32,000 nt of DNA from Mycobacterium tuberculosis H37Rv (GTDB lineage: Bacteria; Actinomycetota; Actinomycetes; Mycobacteriales; Mycobacteriaceae), in NCBI RefSeq assembly GCF_000195955.2, contig NC_000962.3, positions 1,350,001 through 1,382,000 of the forward strand, read 5' to 3'. Under the pieces are notes generated by a model, which did not search any database, had not been told where the DNA came from, and saw only the letters and a program-made list of their open reading frames with translations. Positions 7,759 to 20,864 of this stretch are shown piece after piece; positions within the stretch are counted from its first letter, which is position 1, and each line of letters opens with the position of its first letter. A program made the translations under genes and the position numbers.

Positions 7759-9444
7759 CTACCCAGGGACCTCCGGTATCAGCAGGTGCGCGTCGTAGCG
7801 TGGGCCCCAGTGCAGCGTGACACGACCACGCGGCGGGCGTGGGTAGGCGGCCGGGAATTGGCCGGTGAGCGGGTTGCGGGGGGACAACCAGCGTCCGCCA
7901 ACCACCAGTCGTAACTGTTCGCCGGCGCGGAACAATGTCGCCGACGGGCCAAGCGCGACATCGACGGCGACGACCTCGCCGGCGGTGACCGGCCGGGGCC
8001 GAGCACACGCCGGGACCGGCTCCCATGGCTGCGAGAGCTCGGGGTCGAGCTCGCGCAGCGAGACCCGCTGCCAGCCGGTGGTCACCCGGTCACGGCCCCA
8101 GCCGTAGGACCCCTCAAACGCAACGAACTGGCCATCGCGCCACTTCTCCACTCCGACGAACAGGTTCGCGTCGTCGCAGCCATCCAATTGAACCCACAGG
8201 CGGGCGGCCATCGGGCCGGTCAACTCGATGTCTTCGGGGATCGTCCAATTGAATGCTGCTGCCCGAGAGCGAGTTTGGAACCTGATGCTGCCCGCCGTCG
8301 GCGGCGGCTCGGTTGCCAGCAGCCCCGGCCCGGCGAGATACATTGGCCGCCAACGCGTGCCGGCAAGCGGCCACTGGGTCTCTTCACGCACCGCGGTGAT
8401 GGTGTCGCGATCCTCACGCACCTCGAGGCGAACGCTGCGCGAACCGGAGGAGCCGGCCAGCGCGTCTCGCAAGAACTTCAGCTGCTCGGACAGCGCGGTC
8501 GCTGAGTAGAAGGTCTCCCATTTGCCCCCGCGATGGGTATACAGCCGGGCGTGACCGCAGCCGCTGCGGGTAAAAGCGCGGATCGACCCGCGGCTGTGCA
8601 AGTTGTTGTCCGAGAAGCTACCGCAGACCAGCATCGGAACCTTGATCGCCGACAGGTCGGGTACTCGCGAGCGCCAGAAATCGTCGCGCAGCGGGTGAGC
8701 CTCTTGCATCTGCTCCATGTCGTAGGTCTGACGTGTGCGACGTCGCACCCCGCGCGACCACAGCCGGGTGAACCCTGACTCCCGGATGCCGCCGGGAAAG
8801 GCCAAGTCGCGGTAGGCGTCGGTGAAACCCTCCCACGGGCAGATCGCCCGCAGCGCCGGCGGTTGCAGCGCGGCCACGGCGTACTGGCTAATGGCCAGAT
8901 AAGACACCCCCAGCATGACGACGCGCCCATCACTCCATGCCTGGTCGGCGAGCCATCCCACCAGGTCGTAGGTGTCCTCGGCTTCCTGGTGTGACAGCAG
9001 GTCTCCGGTACCGTCGGAGCGGCCGCAGCCGCGCGAATCCGCATTGACCACGACGAAGCCCTGCGCGGTCCACCACGCCGGGTCCGGCGCCTCCCAGCCG
9101 GTCAGCGCCGAGAAGGTCAGCGGCTTCGGCTGGCGCAGCATCCGGTATTGTGGTGAGAACGTCCACCGGTTGCCCCGCCGCCGCGGCAGGGCGTCCTTGC
9201 CGTAGGGATGGATGCTCGCGATCACCGGCCTAGCCCCACCTTCGGCGCTACGAAAGACGTTGATCCGCAGCAGCGTTCCGTCGCGGGTAGGCACCTCGAC
9301 GTCGCGTTCTATGACGACGTCGGCCGGCGGATCGGTGACGGTGATCGGCGGCTTGGCGACGCCGCGAACCCGCTCCAGCGCATACCGGAGAGCACCGGGA
9401 CGTCGCCACGGCCGGTCCAAGGCAGGTGACGGGTTTCTGGCCAC
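7759..9444 (-). CDS. CocE/NonD-family (X-Pro dipeptidyl-peptidase S15-like) alpha/beta hydrolase (561 aa)
   Basis: [66 protein letters not shown], and a C-terminal jelly-roll. Corresponds to Rv1215c. Confidence 0.9.
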   Translation of the reverse strand: MARNPSPALDRPWRRPGALRYALERVRGVAKPPITVTDPPADVVIERDVEVPTRDGTLLRINVFRSAEGGARPVIASIHPYGKDALPRRRGNRWTFSPQYRMLRQPKPLTFSALTGWEAPDPAWWTAQGFVVVNADSRGCGRSDGTGDLLSHQEAEDTYDLVGWLADQAWSDGRVVMLGVSYLAISQYAVAALQPPALRAICPWEGFTDAYRDLAFPGGIRESGFTRLWSRGVRRRTRQTYDMEQMQEAHPLRDDFWRSRVPDLSAIKVPMLVCGSFSDNNLHSRGSIRAFTRSGCGHARLYTHRGGKWETFYSATALSEQLKFLRDALAGSSGSRSVRLEVREDRDTITAVREETQWPLAGTRWRPMYLAGPGLLATEPPPTAGSIRFQTRSRAAAFNWTIPEDIELTGPMAARLWVQLDGCDDANLFVGVEKWRDGQFVAFEGSYGWGRDRVTTGWQRVSLRELDPELSQPWEPVPACARPRPVTAGEVVAVDVALGPSATLFRAGEQLRLVVGGRWLSPRNPLTGQFPAAYPRPPRGRVTLHWGPRYDAHLLIPEVPG

Positions 9445-9471
9445 GCCCGTTACCCTAAAGCTATTCGACCG

Positions 9472-10146
9472 CTACCACACGTAGGGCACCAACCGGTAGC
9501 GCACCAGTTGCCGGTATTCGCGGTACCCGCTGAGTTCTTGCGTCAGTAGTTTTTCCTCGTCGAGGATGCGGAACACCAACACCAGTGTGCCGGGGACGAG
9601 GATGAACATCGCCCAGTAAGAGCCCAGTGCCAGCGGTATGCCTGTCATCATGACCACGTTCCCGGCGTACATCGGGTGTCGGACAATTTTGTAGAGACCG
9701 TCGGAGGCCAATATCTGGCCCGCCTCCACCCTGACCGTCGAGGCGGCATACCTGTTCTGGATGACCACCAGCATGGCGATGCCAAGGCCCGTCATCACTA
9801 GGACGTCGCCGATCACGCACACCGCGGCTGGCACTGACGACCAACCATAACGATGGTCGCACGCGCTCAGCACCATCATCGCGAAGAACCCCAGAAAAGC
9901 GCCGATGACGATGAACTTCTGAATCGTTCGGCCCTCCGCGAGCGGACCGCTGCGCATGCGACGTTGAAGGGCCGCGGGATCGTTGCGAGCCAGATAGATT
10001 GTGGGGCCAATCGTGGTGCTCACAAATGCGGCGAGGAACACCCACGCCTGCCAATAGTCGAACGTGCCGGCTGGCCCGAATAGGAGCGCGCCGAAAACGA
10101 CGAGTCCTAACACGCCCCATATGAATATCTTCAGCCCAATGTGCAT
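9472..10146 (-). CDS. Isoprenylcysteine carboxyl methyltransferase (ICMT)/PEMT-like integral membrane protein (224 aa)
   Basis: Multiple TM helices and the motif ASDGLYKIVRHPMYAGNVVMMTGIPLALGSYWA ... LDEEKLLTQELSGYREY. Corresponds to Rv1216c. Confidence 0.85.
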   Translation of the reverse strand: MHIGLKIFIWGVLGLVVFGALLFGPAGTFDYWQAWVFLAAFVSTTIGPTIYLARNDPAALQRRMRSGPLAEGRTIQKFIVIGAFLGFFAMMVLSACDHRYGWSSVPAAVCVIGDVLVMTGLGIAMLVVIQNRYAASTVRVEAGQILASDGLYKIVRHPMYAGNVVMMTGIPLALGSYWAMFILVPGTLVLVFRILDEEKLLTQELSGYREYRQLVRYRLVPYVW

Positions 10147-10154
10147 GGCTCCTC

Positions 10155-11801
10155 CTAGCAGCGAACGTCACGCCGTCGGAAGGCCATGGCGCCCAGGGTG
10201 ATCAGGGCTGCATCTATGGCCAGCAGCCACAGCAACGGCACCGCGGTGAAATCGCCGCCGCCGACCCGCGGGATGTGGGCGAACGGCTCCAGGTTGAGCA
10301 GCATCTGCGGGAACCCCGCCAACGAGCCGAGCAGGTACAGCGCGATGAACCCGACCAGCACGCCCCACGCCACCGGCGTGAACCGCGGCGCCAACCCGAA
10401 CAATCCCACGGTCACCGCCGATAACAACCACACGGCCGGCAGTTGCACGGCCGCGGTGCCGACCACGGTGGGCAGCTTGCCGCCGACGTCACCGACGGTC
10501 ATGCCGTAGGCGAGTCCGGCCGCCACGCCGGAGATCAGGGTCGCCACCGCCGATCCGGCCAGCGCCATCGCCAGATGGCTTGCCAGCCAATGGGTCCGGG
10601 AAACCGCCCCGGCGAGCAGGGTCTCGGCCCGCAGCCCGGTTTCCTCTTGGTGCAGTCGTAGGGTCAGCGAGACGGCGAATGCGGCGGCGACCATGCCGAT
10701 CATGGTGAAGGCCAGCGCAAGGAAGGCCTGTTCCAGTGCGCCGGTGCCGCCCATCCGGGTGACGATGTCACGCACCGCGGTGTTATCGCCCAGCTGATCC
10801 CCGATGCCGTGCACCACACTGCCCATCACCAGCCCGTACAGGCACAGGCCGACGGTCCACAACAGCAGGGAGCCGCGATTGAGCCGCCATGCCAGCCCGA
10901 AGGGCTCGCTCAGCATGGGCCCGGCGGTGCCGGCGCCGGGGCGTTCGGCGATCAGTCCGGCACCGACATCACGGCCGGCGCGTAATCGATAGGCCAGCAC
11001 GGTAAGCACGGCCGCGGTCGCCAGCGACAGCAGCAGCACCCACCAACGCTCTCCCGCGTAGGGTCTGACCTGCAGCGACCACCCCAGCGGCGAGCACCAG
11101 GACAGCGTGCCCGAGCCGGCATCACCGATGGCACGCAGCGCGAACGCGGTGCCCAGGACGGCGAACGCGACCGCGCGGGTGAATCGGGCGCTCGGCGACA
11201 GCTGCGCGGCCACCGCGGCCACCGCCGTGAAGACCATCCCGGAGGCCGCCAGCGCCACGCCAAACGCTACCGACCCGGCCGGAGCCACATCGGTGGCAAG
11301 CAGACCCAATGCACCGATCGCGCCGGTCGCGATCGACGCACCGAACGACAGCAGCAGCGCGCCGGTGAGGTTGGCGTAGCGCCCGACCACGGTCGAATCG
11401 ATCAATTCGGCACGGCCGCTTTCCTCGTCCGCGCGGGTGTGCCGAATCACCGTGAGGATGACCGCCACCGCGATGAGGGTGTGAAACATCCCGGCTTTCC
11501 AGATTCCGACCGCACCCAGGCTGTCGTTGTAGACCGGCCCGTAGAGCGCGCGCTGTGCCGGGCTGGCCATAATGGCGGCCGCCGCGGCGGCGCGGGCGGA
11601 CCGGTCGGGGTAAACCGTTTCGACGCTGGCGATGTACACGGTGGCCAGCGGCACCGACAGCAGCAGCACCCACAGCGGCAACGACACCCGGTCGCGGCGC
11701 AGGTACAGGCGCAGCAACCCCAGTGTGCCGGTGAAGCCCGAACCGCGGTGTGGTGCACGGTGTCCTGCGGGTCTCGCGCGATCGATGACCGTACTGCTCA
11801 C
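10155..11801 (-). CDS. ABC exporter permease (548 aa)
   Basis: Polytopic protein ([36 protein letters not shown]..., repeated TM blocks) overlapping the upstream ATPase by 4 nt. Corresponds to Rv1217c. Confidence 0.92.
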
Positions 11802-12733
11802 GGCGTTGCCACCTGTTGCTCGGCTGCGACCTCGGGGCCCAGGCTGTAGTGGCGCAGGAACAGCTCCTCCAGGGTGGGCGGCTGACTGACCAGGCTGCGC
11901 ACACCGGCGTGGCCGAGCACTTGGATGAGTTCTCTCAGGCTTTCGCTGTCGACCTGGGCGCGCACTGTGGTGCCCTCGATGCTGATGTCCTCGACTCCCT
12001 TGATTTGGCTGAGGTCTCCTGGATCACCGATCATTTCGGCCTTGATCGAGGTGCGGCTGAGGTGCCGCAAGGCGTCTAGTGAACCGCTTTCGACGGTCTT
12101 GCCGGCTCGGATGATGGTCACCTTTTCGCACAGCGCTTCGGTCTCGGCCAGAATATGGCTGGACAACAGCACCGTCACACCGCGTTGGCGTGCTTCGCCG
12201 ATGCACTGCTGAAACACGTTTTCCATCAACGGGTCCAGGCCGCTGCTCGGCTCATCCAAGAGCAGCAGAGTGGCGTGCGACGACAATGCCGAGATCAGGG
12301 AGACCTTTTGGCGGTTGCCCTTGGAGTAGGTGCGCGCCTTCTTGGTTGGGTCCAGGCCGAAGCGCTCGATCAGTTCCGCGCGACGAGCGTTGTCGATGCC
12401 GCCTCGCATGCGGGCCAGCAGGTCGATGGTCTCACCACCGGTCAGCGACGGCCACAATGTGACATCGCCTGGAACATAGGCGATGTGGCGGTGCAGGTCG
12501 ACGGCGTCGGTCCAGGGGTCACCGCCCAGCAACCGCACGCTTCCGCCGTCGGCCTTCACCAGGCCTAGCAGGATGCGCAGGGTCGTGGACTTGCCCGCGC
12601 CGTTGGGGCCGAGGAAGCCGTGCACTTCGCCCTCGCGCACCGTGAGGTCGAGCCCGTCGAGCGCCCGCACCGACCCGAAGTGCTTGGTCAGTCCGCGAAT
12701 CTCGATGGGCACCTGGTGGTTGTCAGCCGACAT
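11798..12733 (-). CDS. ABC exporter ATPase (311 aa)
   Basis: [32 protein letters not shown]; Walker [16 protein letters not shown]; signature [15 protein letters not shown]; Walker [14 protein letters not shown]. Corresponds to Rv1218c. Confidence 0.95.
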
Positions 12734-13361
12734 GTGCTTCTCCTTGTTGAGCTTCGGCCAGGAAGGCCTCGTACATGGCGCGGTCGGCCAGCAGGCCTTC
12801 GGTGTAGACCTCCAGGGAAGGCAGCACCATGTCGTGCGCGTAGTCGCGTAACGCTGCACGGAGATCGGTTGGGTTTTCGTGCATTTGCAGATAAAGCAGG
12901 AAGCCTCCGCCTCCGGTGATCGCCAGAAACCGAGCACGGGCGCGCGGGTCGCGGCTGGGCTTGACCGTACCGGCGCGTACTCCTTCGTCCAGGTACTCCT
13001 CGGCGTTGTCGATCATCTTCTGCCACAGCATCTTCGCCAGCTCGCCGCCGGATTGCATGCTGCGCACCAGGTATGCCATCAGCGGTGCGTAGGATTCGAT
13101 CTCGGCCATCTGCGCGAGCCAGGTGGTCGGGTCGTTGGACTTCAGTGCCGCAGCCTTGCTGCTGCGGATCTCTTCGGCGACGAAGTCGTCGCAGGCCTTG
13201 CGCAGACCTTCCTTGGAACCGAAATGGTGGATGACCAATGCCGCGCTCACCCCCGCCGCTTCGGCGATGGCTCGCAGCCCGACACCGAATCCGTGCCGAC
13301 CGAACTGTTCGATGGCCGCCTCTCTGATCCTGGCGTGCGCGGTCAGATCGGCTGAACGCAT
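12723..13361 (-). CDS. TetR-family transcriptional regulator (212 aa)
   Basis: HTH region [49 protein letters not shown]. Start MRSADLTAH; overlaps the ATPase start. Corresponds to Rv1219c. Confidence 0.93.
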
Positions 13362-13386
13362 GTTCAGGATATTAAACGTACGTTCA
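13354..13386. promoter_or_regulatory. Candidate tandem TetR operators overlapping the Rv1219c start codon
   Basis: TGAAC-N4-GTTCA at 13353-13366 and TAAACGTACGTTCA (perfect core AACGTACGTT) at 13373-13386, centres 20 bp apart. Confidence 0.5.
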
Positions 13387-13440
13387 TCCCCGGTCAAGGG
13401 AGGGCGCCGTTGGGAATCCGTGAAGGCCGCGAACTTTGCC

Positions 13441-13496
13441 GAGCAGACGCAAAATCGCCCTGGAACGCACGGTTCAGGGCGATTTTGCGTCTGCTC
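13441..13496. repeat. Dispersed hairpin element, copy 2 (3' of Rv1220c)
   Basis: Perfect 22/22 inverted repeat gagcagacgcaaaatcgccctg (13441-13462) / cagggcgattttgcgtctgctc (13475-13496). Confidence 0.92.
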
Positions 13497-13502
13497 GCCG
13501 AA

Positions 13503-14150
13503 TTAGTCCCGCACGGCTGCCAGCACGCCGTCGCCCAGCGGCACCAGTGCCGGAGTGAGCCGTTCATCCTCGGCGATAAGCCGGGCCGCCTCGCGAACCG
13601 CGATCACCTCGGCGTCGCGCGCCCCGGGATCACCGGCCCGACCGCCCAGCGCCGCCCGGTGCACGACGATGACCCCGCCGGATCGCAGCAGCCGCACCCC
13701 CTCGGCGACGTAATCTGGCTGGTCGATCGGGTCGGCGTCGATGAATACCAGGTCGTAGGATGCGTCGGCGAGCCGGGTCAGCACCTCTTGGGCGCGGCCG
13801 CTGATCAGCCTGGTACGCGACGGCCCGATGCCCGCCTCGGCAAAGGCCTGCCTGGCAAGGCGTAGATGCTCGGGCTCGATATCGATGGTGGTCAAGACGC
13901 CGTCGTCGCGCATGCCCGACAACAGCCACAGGCCGCTGACGCCGGCCCCGGTACCCACTTCGGCCACCGCCTTGCCTCCGCTGAGCTTGGCCAGCAAGCA
14001 CAGCAACGCACCCACCGCCGGTGTTACCGCCCCGGCCCCGATGTCGGTTGCGCGCTCGCGGGCGCCGGCCAGGATCACGTCTTCAGATATTGACCCCTCG
14101 GCGTGCGCCCAGAGTGATTCGCCTCGGCTGGGGGCCGGCTGGCCAGGCAT
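13503..14150 (-). CDS. SAM-dependent O-methyltransferase (215 aa; upstream ATG at 14177 also in frame)
   Basis: [79 protein letters not shown]. Corresponds to Rv1220c. Confidence 0.9.
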   Translation of the reverse strand: MPGQPAPSRGESLWAHAEGSISEDVILAGARERATDIGAGAVTPAVGALLCLLAKLSGGKAVAEVGTGAGVSGLWLLSGMRDDGVLTTIDIEPEHLRLARQAFAEAGIGPSRTRLISGRAQEVLTRLADASYDLVFIDADPIDQPDYVAEGVRLLRSGGVIVVHRAALGGRAGDPGARDAEVIAVREAARLIAEDERLTPALVPLGDGVLAAVRD

Positions 14151-14355
14151 GTCGTCGTGTCCGGGGGTGCCGTCCATGCCCGCAGCGTATGTCCAATTGG
14201 CGACGCCGTCGGGCAGGCGCGCCTGGTTCGAACGCCGGCCGAGCACCGAGCTGGACGCTTGCGGCTGTACCCGACACGCCCGGCGTGCCGGACGCGACGA
14301 AGGTCACTTTGACTCGATATTCCCTGGACAGCGCAGGTAACGGTATGGTTTCTAA

Positions 14356-15186
<831 letters not shown>

Positions 15187-15343
15187 ACTACTCAACGGCC
15201 GCCGAGCGCGTCGGTTCGGCTACCGCATGGTTGCCAATCGGTCCCGAATCCTGGGGTTTTACCGGCTGGCGATGGTTTTCCGGCACCGCGCCGCGCTACA
15301 TTCGAGATACCGGTGGCTCGCTAGGTGGCGGAAGGAGGTGGTG

Positions 15344-15808
15344 ATGGCCGACCCCGGAAGCGTGGGACATGTGTTCCGGCGCGCGTTTTCCTGGCTCCCG
15401 GCGCAGTTCGCCTCCCAGAGTGACGCGCCGGTCGGCGCGCCGCGGCAGTTCCGTTCCACCGAGCACCTGTCAATCGAGGCCATCGCGGCTTTCGTCGACG
15501 GCGAGCTGCGGATGAACGCGCACTTGCGGGCCGCGCATCACCTTTCGCTGTGTGCCCAATGCGCGGCCGAAGTGGACGACCAAAGTCGTGCCCGCGCCGC
15601 TCTGCGCGATTCCCACCCGATCCGCATCCCCAGCACGTTGCTCGGATTACTGTCCGAGATCCCGCGTTGTCCACCTGAAGGTCCATCTAAAGGTTCGTCT
15701 GGAGGTTCATCCCAGGGCCCGCCCGACGGGGCTGCGGCAGGCTTCGGCGACCGCTTCGCTGACGGCGATGGCGGGAATCGGGGCCGGCAATCGCGGGTGC
15801 GTCGCTAG
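15344..15808 (+). CDS. rseA: Anti-sigma-E factor with zinc-binding ZAS motif (154 aa)
   Basis: IEAIAAFVDGELRMNAHLRAAHHLSLCAQCAAEV matches the H-x3-C-x2-C ZAS motif. Strong SD ggaaggagg before ATG 15344. Confidence 0.94.
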   Translation: MADPGSVGHVFRRAFSWLPAQFASQSDAPVGAPRQFRSTEHLSIEAIAAFVDGELRMNAHLRAAHHLSLCAQCAAEVDDQSRARAALRDSHPIRIPSTLLGLLSEIPRCPPEGPSKGSSGGSSQGPPDGAAAGFGDRFADGDGGNRGRQSRVRR

Positions 15809-17461
<1,653 letters not shown>

Positions 17462-17462
17462 A

Positions 17463-17858
17463 GTGTTCGCCAACATCGGTTGGTGGGAAATGCTCGTCCT
17501 CGTCATGGTCGGGCTGGTGGTGCTTGGCCCGGAGCGGCTCCCGGGTGCCATCCGCTGGGCGGCAAGCGCTCTGCGGCAGGCGCGCGACTATCTCAGCGGT
17601 GTGACCAGCCAGCTACGTGAGGACATTGGACCCGAATTCGATGATCTGCGGGGACATCTCGGTGAGCTGCAGAAGCTACGGGGAATGACTCCGCGGGCTG
17701 CGTTGACCAAGCACCTACTGGATGGCGATGATTCCCTGTTCACCGGAGACTTCGACCGACCGACGCCGAAGAAACCGGATGCGGCGGGCTCGGCGGGGCC
17801 GGACGCTACTGAGCAGATCGGTGCGGGGCCCATCCCGTTTGACAGCGATGCCACCTAG
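17463..17858 (+). CDS. tatB: Sec-independent protein translocase component TatB (131 aa, GTG start)
   Basis: [43 protein letters not shown] is a TatA/B family signature. Confidence 0.95.
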
Positions 17859-17890
17859 ATCGGTGACGGCCGGCGGTCGGGCCCGGCGAG

Positions 17891-18721
17891 CTAACACCCG
17901 AGCAACGGCGGCAGGCCGGCCACCGAGTCGATCACGTGGTGCGGCCGGGTCGCGCTGGCGCCGGCCAGCCAGCGATCCAGCGTTTGCTGGCGGAACTTGC
18001 CGGTGCGCACCAGCACACCCGTCATGCCCACCGCCTGGGCGGCCAGCACGTCGTTGTGCAGATCGTCGCCGATCATGACCATCTGCTGTGGATCGACACC
18101 GACGCGGTCGGCGGCCGCCAGGAATCCCTCGGCCGCAGGCTTGCCGATGGCGGTGGCGGTCTTGCCGCAGGCCTGTTCCATTCCGGTCAGGTACATCCCG
18201 GTGTCGATGCGCAGCCCGTCGGTGGTGTTCCAGGTCATATTGCGGTGCATCGCCACCACCGGAACGCCGTCGAGCATCCACCCATAGACCCGGCTGAGCG
18301 TGCGGTGATCGAACTGGGGGCCGGCACTGCCGAGCACGACGACGTCGGGGGCTTCGGGGCAATCCTCGGGACCGATCTCGGTCGACAAGACGACGTCGAT
18401 GCCGGGCAAGTCCTCGGTGATGTCGCCGTTGTTCACCAGGAAGCACCGCGCGCCGGGATAGGCGCCGTGCAGGTACTCGGCCGTCAGCACCCCGGCCGTG
18501 ATCACGTCGTCGGCGGCGACGGGGATCCCCGCGGCACCCAGCGCCTCGGCGATCTGCCGGCGGGTGCGCGTCGTGGTGTTGGTCAGATACGCGCAGGCGA
18601 TTCCCCGATGGGTCAGTTGCCGCACGGTCTCGGCGGCCCCGGGAATCGCGCGCCACGACAGCACCAGCACGCCGTCGATGTCGAACAGCACCGCCGCGGC
18701 CATCAGATGCGCCACGTCCAC
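17891..18721 (-). CDS. HAD-superfamily (NagD-like class IIA) hydrolase (276 aa)
   Basis: VLFDIDGVLVLSWRAIPGAAETVRQLTHRGIACAYLTNTTTRT and AADRVGVDPQQMVMIGDDLHNDVLAAQAVGMTGVLVRTGKF. Corresponds to Rv1225c. Confidence 0.9.
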   Translation of the reverse strand: MDVAHLMAAAVLFDIDGVLVLSWRAIPGAAETVRQLTHRGIACAYLTNTTTRTRRQIAEALGAAGIPVAADDVITAGVLTAEYLHGAYPGARCFLVNNGDITEDLPGIDVVLSTEIGPEDCPEAPDVVVLGSAGPQFDHRTLSRVYGWMLDGVPVVAMHRNMTWNTTDGLRIDTGMYLTGMEQACGKTATAIGKPAAEGFLAAADRVGVDPQQMVMIGDDLHNDVLAAQAVGMTGVLVRTGKFRQQTLDRWLAGASATRPHHVIDSVAGLPPLLGC

Positions 18722-18831
18722 ACGATATCCGTCAGTTAGACCGTCGACATCGACACCAGCGCGGAAAAACCCCAGTGAGCATCGCGCTGACGTCGATCTC
18801 GACGGTGAGGTTCATCCTGGCTCAGGATCCC

Positions 18832-20295
18832 TCAAGATCCGTGGCGCAACCACACACTGTCGGCCACCCAGGGCGACGCGGCGCCGGCCACCGACCACGC
18901 CAGCTCCGCGGGCACATCGAGCACCTGATAACCCTTGCGGCCCGCCACGGTGGCCGCCACGAGCGTCGCCACCCCCGCCCTCCGCTGGAACAGTGTCTGG
19001 CGCACCGTCCAGCCGATGATGCCGGTGCAGGCGATGCAATCGCGGCGACGCTGTAGGCTGCCGGCGCGCGCAACCAACCAGCCGTCGGCGACGCGGTGCC
19101 CGAGTGATCGGACCCGATCGACGGCCAGCCCAGCGCAACCCGCGGTCAACACCGCCCACAGTGTCCACGCCCACCCCGGCACGCCGAGAATCGGCGCCGC
19201 TGCGATCAGCGCAACTCCGGCCAGCGTCGGGACCAACAGCGCCCGGGTCCACCTGCGCCGGGCGGCGGCCGGGCCGTGCCGGCGCAGCGGCCCCGCTGCC
19301 GCGTCGGTGTTGTCGATCAGGTCGGTCAGCACGGCCGTCGCGGTCTCGAACGGACATGGTGGCAGCAGCATCGACGACTGGCCCTCGCCATGCACGCCGG
19401 TCATCACTGCGTCCAGCCGAGCACCGCGCAATAACCGCACCAGCAGTGGTTCACGCAAGGTGGCGCCACGCAGCCGGCGCATGTCGTAGGTGTGCTCGCG
19501 CACCCGCAGCAGCCCGTGCCGCAGGTGTAGCACCCCTTCTTGACCGCTGCCGCCGCGGCGCAGCAGCAGATTGCCGTAGGTCAACCAGGAGAACAGCACC
19601 GCCAACAGTGCCGATACACCCACCACCAGCAGCACAGTGACCGCCACCACCAGTACCACCCCGGCGCGTTGCGCGGCGTCCACCGCGGACCTGGCGAAAC
19701 CGGATTCCGGGAGTCGCACGGCCAGTCCCGTTTGGTAGCCAAGCCCGATCACCGCCCCGATCATCACCAGGCCCGAAAAGCTCAGCGGCGCATACCGCAA
19801 CCACGACGACTGCCACCGGGCCAGCACCCGACCGGTCGGCTCGACGGGTGCCAGCGACTCGGCCAGCAGCAGCGCGCGCAGCCTGGGCACCCGTGCCGAG
19901 TCGACCGCGTCCAGTTCGAAGGCGGCCTCACCGCGGGCCTCCTGGCCGGTGCCCACCCGCAGCACCGTCAACCCCAACAGCCGGTGCAACAGCCGCGCCT
20001 CGGTCTGCACCGAGCGAATCCGGTTGCGCGGCACGGAGACCGCGCGCCGGCTGAGTATGCCGGTACGCAGCGACACGTTTTCGTCGTCGATGCGGTAGGT
20101 GGTGAAAAACCAACGCAGCACGCCGAATACGACCGTCACGCCGAGCGCCGCCAGCGGCCAGACCGGGTTGCCGGTTGCCGACCCCAGCACCACGGACCCG
20201 ATGAGTACCGGGAGCTGGCGCAGCATCTCGTGCACCGGATGCACCAGCAGCATCCGCGGGCTGAGGCGGTGCCAATCGTGTGGCCGGTCGGTCAT
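18832..20295 (-). CDS. Membrane protein with YdbT-like bacterial PH domains (487 aa)
   Basis: MTDRPHDWHRLSPRMLLVHPVHEML...; repeated TM pair plus YRIDDENVSLRTGILSRRAVSVPRNRIRSVQTEARLLHRLLGLTVLRVGTG, a bPH2 pattern. Corresponds to Rv1226c. Confidence 0.85.
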   Translation of the reverse strand: MTDRPHDWHRLSPRMLLVHPVHEMLRQLPVLIGSVVLGSATGNPVWPLAALGVTVVFGVLRWFFTTYRIDDENVSLRTGILSRRAVSVPRNRIRSVQTEARLLHRLLGLTVLRVGTGQEARGEAAFELDAVDSARVPRLRALLLAESLAPVEPTGRVLARWQSSWLRYAPLSFSGLVMIGAVIGLGYQTGLAVRLPESGFARSAVDAAQRAGVVLVVAVTVLLVVGVSALLAVLFSWLTYGNLLLRRGGSGQEGVLHLRHGLLRVREHTYDMRRLRGATLREPLLVRLLRGARLDAVMTGVHGEGQSSMLLPPCPFETATAVLTDLIDNTDAAAGPLRRHGPAAARRRWTRALLVPTLAGVALIAAAPILGVPGWAWTLWAVLTAGCAGLAVDRVRSLGHRVADGWLVARAGSLQRRRDCIACTGIIGWTVRQTLFQRRAGVATLVAATVAGRKGYQVLDVPAELAWSVAGAASPWVADSVWLRHGS

Positions 20296-20825
20296 GTCGC
20301 GTCCTCGCCGCGCAGCGCGGCGATGTCGGTCAGCTGCGCCACCACCCGATCGGCGACGTCGGTGTCCAACGCCTCGATGTGCACCGCGCCCGCCGAGGAC
20401 GCCGTGGTTACGGTGACGTTGGCCAGCCCGAACAGCCGGTCCATCGGGCCGCGGTAGGTGTCGACGGTCTGCACCCGGGAAATCGGTGTGATGCGGCGCT
20501 CCTGCACGAGCCAACCGGTGCGGGTGAATACGGCCTGCGGGCTGATCTCCCAACGGTGTACCCGGTAACGCCAGAGCGGGACCACCCCGATGTGCACCAC
20601 CATCGCCACCGCGGTGAGAGCGGCCGCGGCCAGGTGCGGCCAGGGCGGCTGGGGATGCACCGCCCACCACACCAGCTGCGCGATCACCGGGAGTATCCAG
20701 CCCAGCGACGCGGACAGCGCCCACATCACCGGCGCCTGGCTGCTCGGTCGATGGGCCGGCTCGGCGAGCGCGAGGTGATTTCTCTGCGGTCCGGTTGCGC
20801 TTGGCACATTTCGAGCATGGTCCAA
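20292..20825 (-). CDS. Membrane protein with bacterial PH domain (177 aa)
   Basis: VPLWRYRVHRWEISPQAVFTRTGWLVQERRITPISRVQTVDTYRGPMDRLFGLANVTVTT, YdbS-like. ATGA overlap with the downstream gene. Corresponds to Rv1227c. Confidence 0.88.
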   Translation of the reverse strand: MDHARNVPSATGPQRNHLALAEPAHRPSSQAPVMWALSASLGWILPVIAQLVWWAVHPQPPWPHLAAAALTAVAMVVHIGVVPLWRYRVHRWEISPQAVFTRTGWLVQERRITPISRVQTVDTYRGPMDRLFGLANVTVTTASSAGAVHIEALDTDVADRVVAQLTDIAALRGEDAT

Positions 20826-20864
20826 CGGAAACCGAACACAGTGATCGGGGGTCGTGGTTATCGT

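Noticed and set aside
15690-15730. Short ggttc(g/a)tc(t/c) repeats in the rseA 3' end
   Set aside because: Reflects a Gly/Ser low-complexity stretch (KGSSGGSSQG) in the RseA C-terminal tail, not a distinct element.
17715-18656. 313-aa minus-strand ORF overlapping tatB and Rv1225c
   Set aside because: Frame-shifted shadow of the HAD hydrolase gene. The low-complexity Arg/Gly/Asp-rich translation has no recognisable domain.
18775-19056. 93-aa plus-strand ORF in the gap before Rv1225c/Rv1226c
   Set aside because: Mostly antisense to the Rv1226c 3' end, with no homology signature or SD. Too weak to call.
19540-20457. 305-aa plus-strand ORF across Rv1226c/Rv1227c
   Set aside because: Antisense shadow ORF; compositionally biased and with no motif. 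The minus-strand bPH proteins explain the region.
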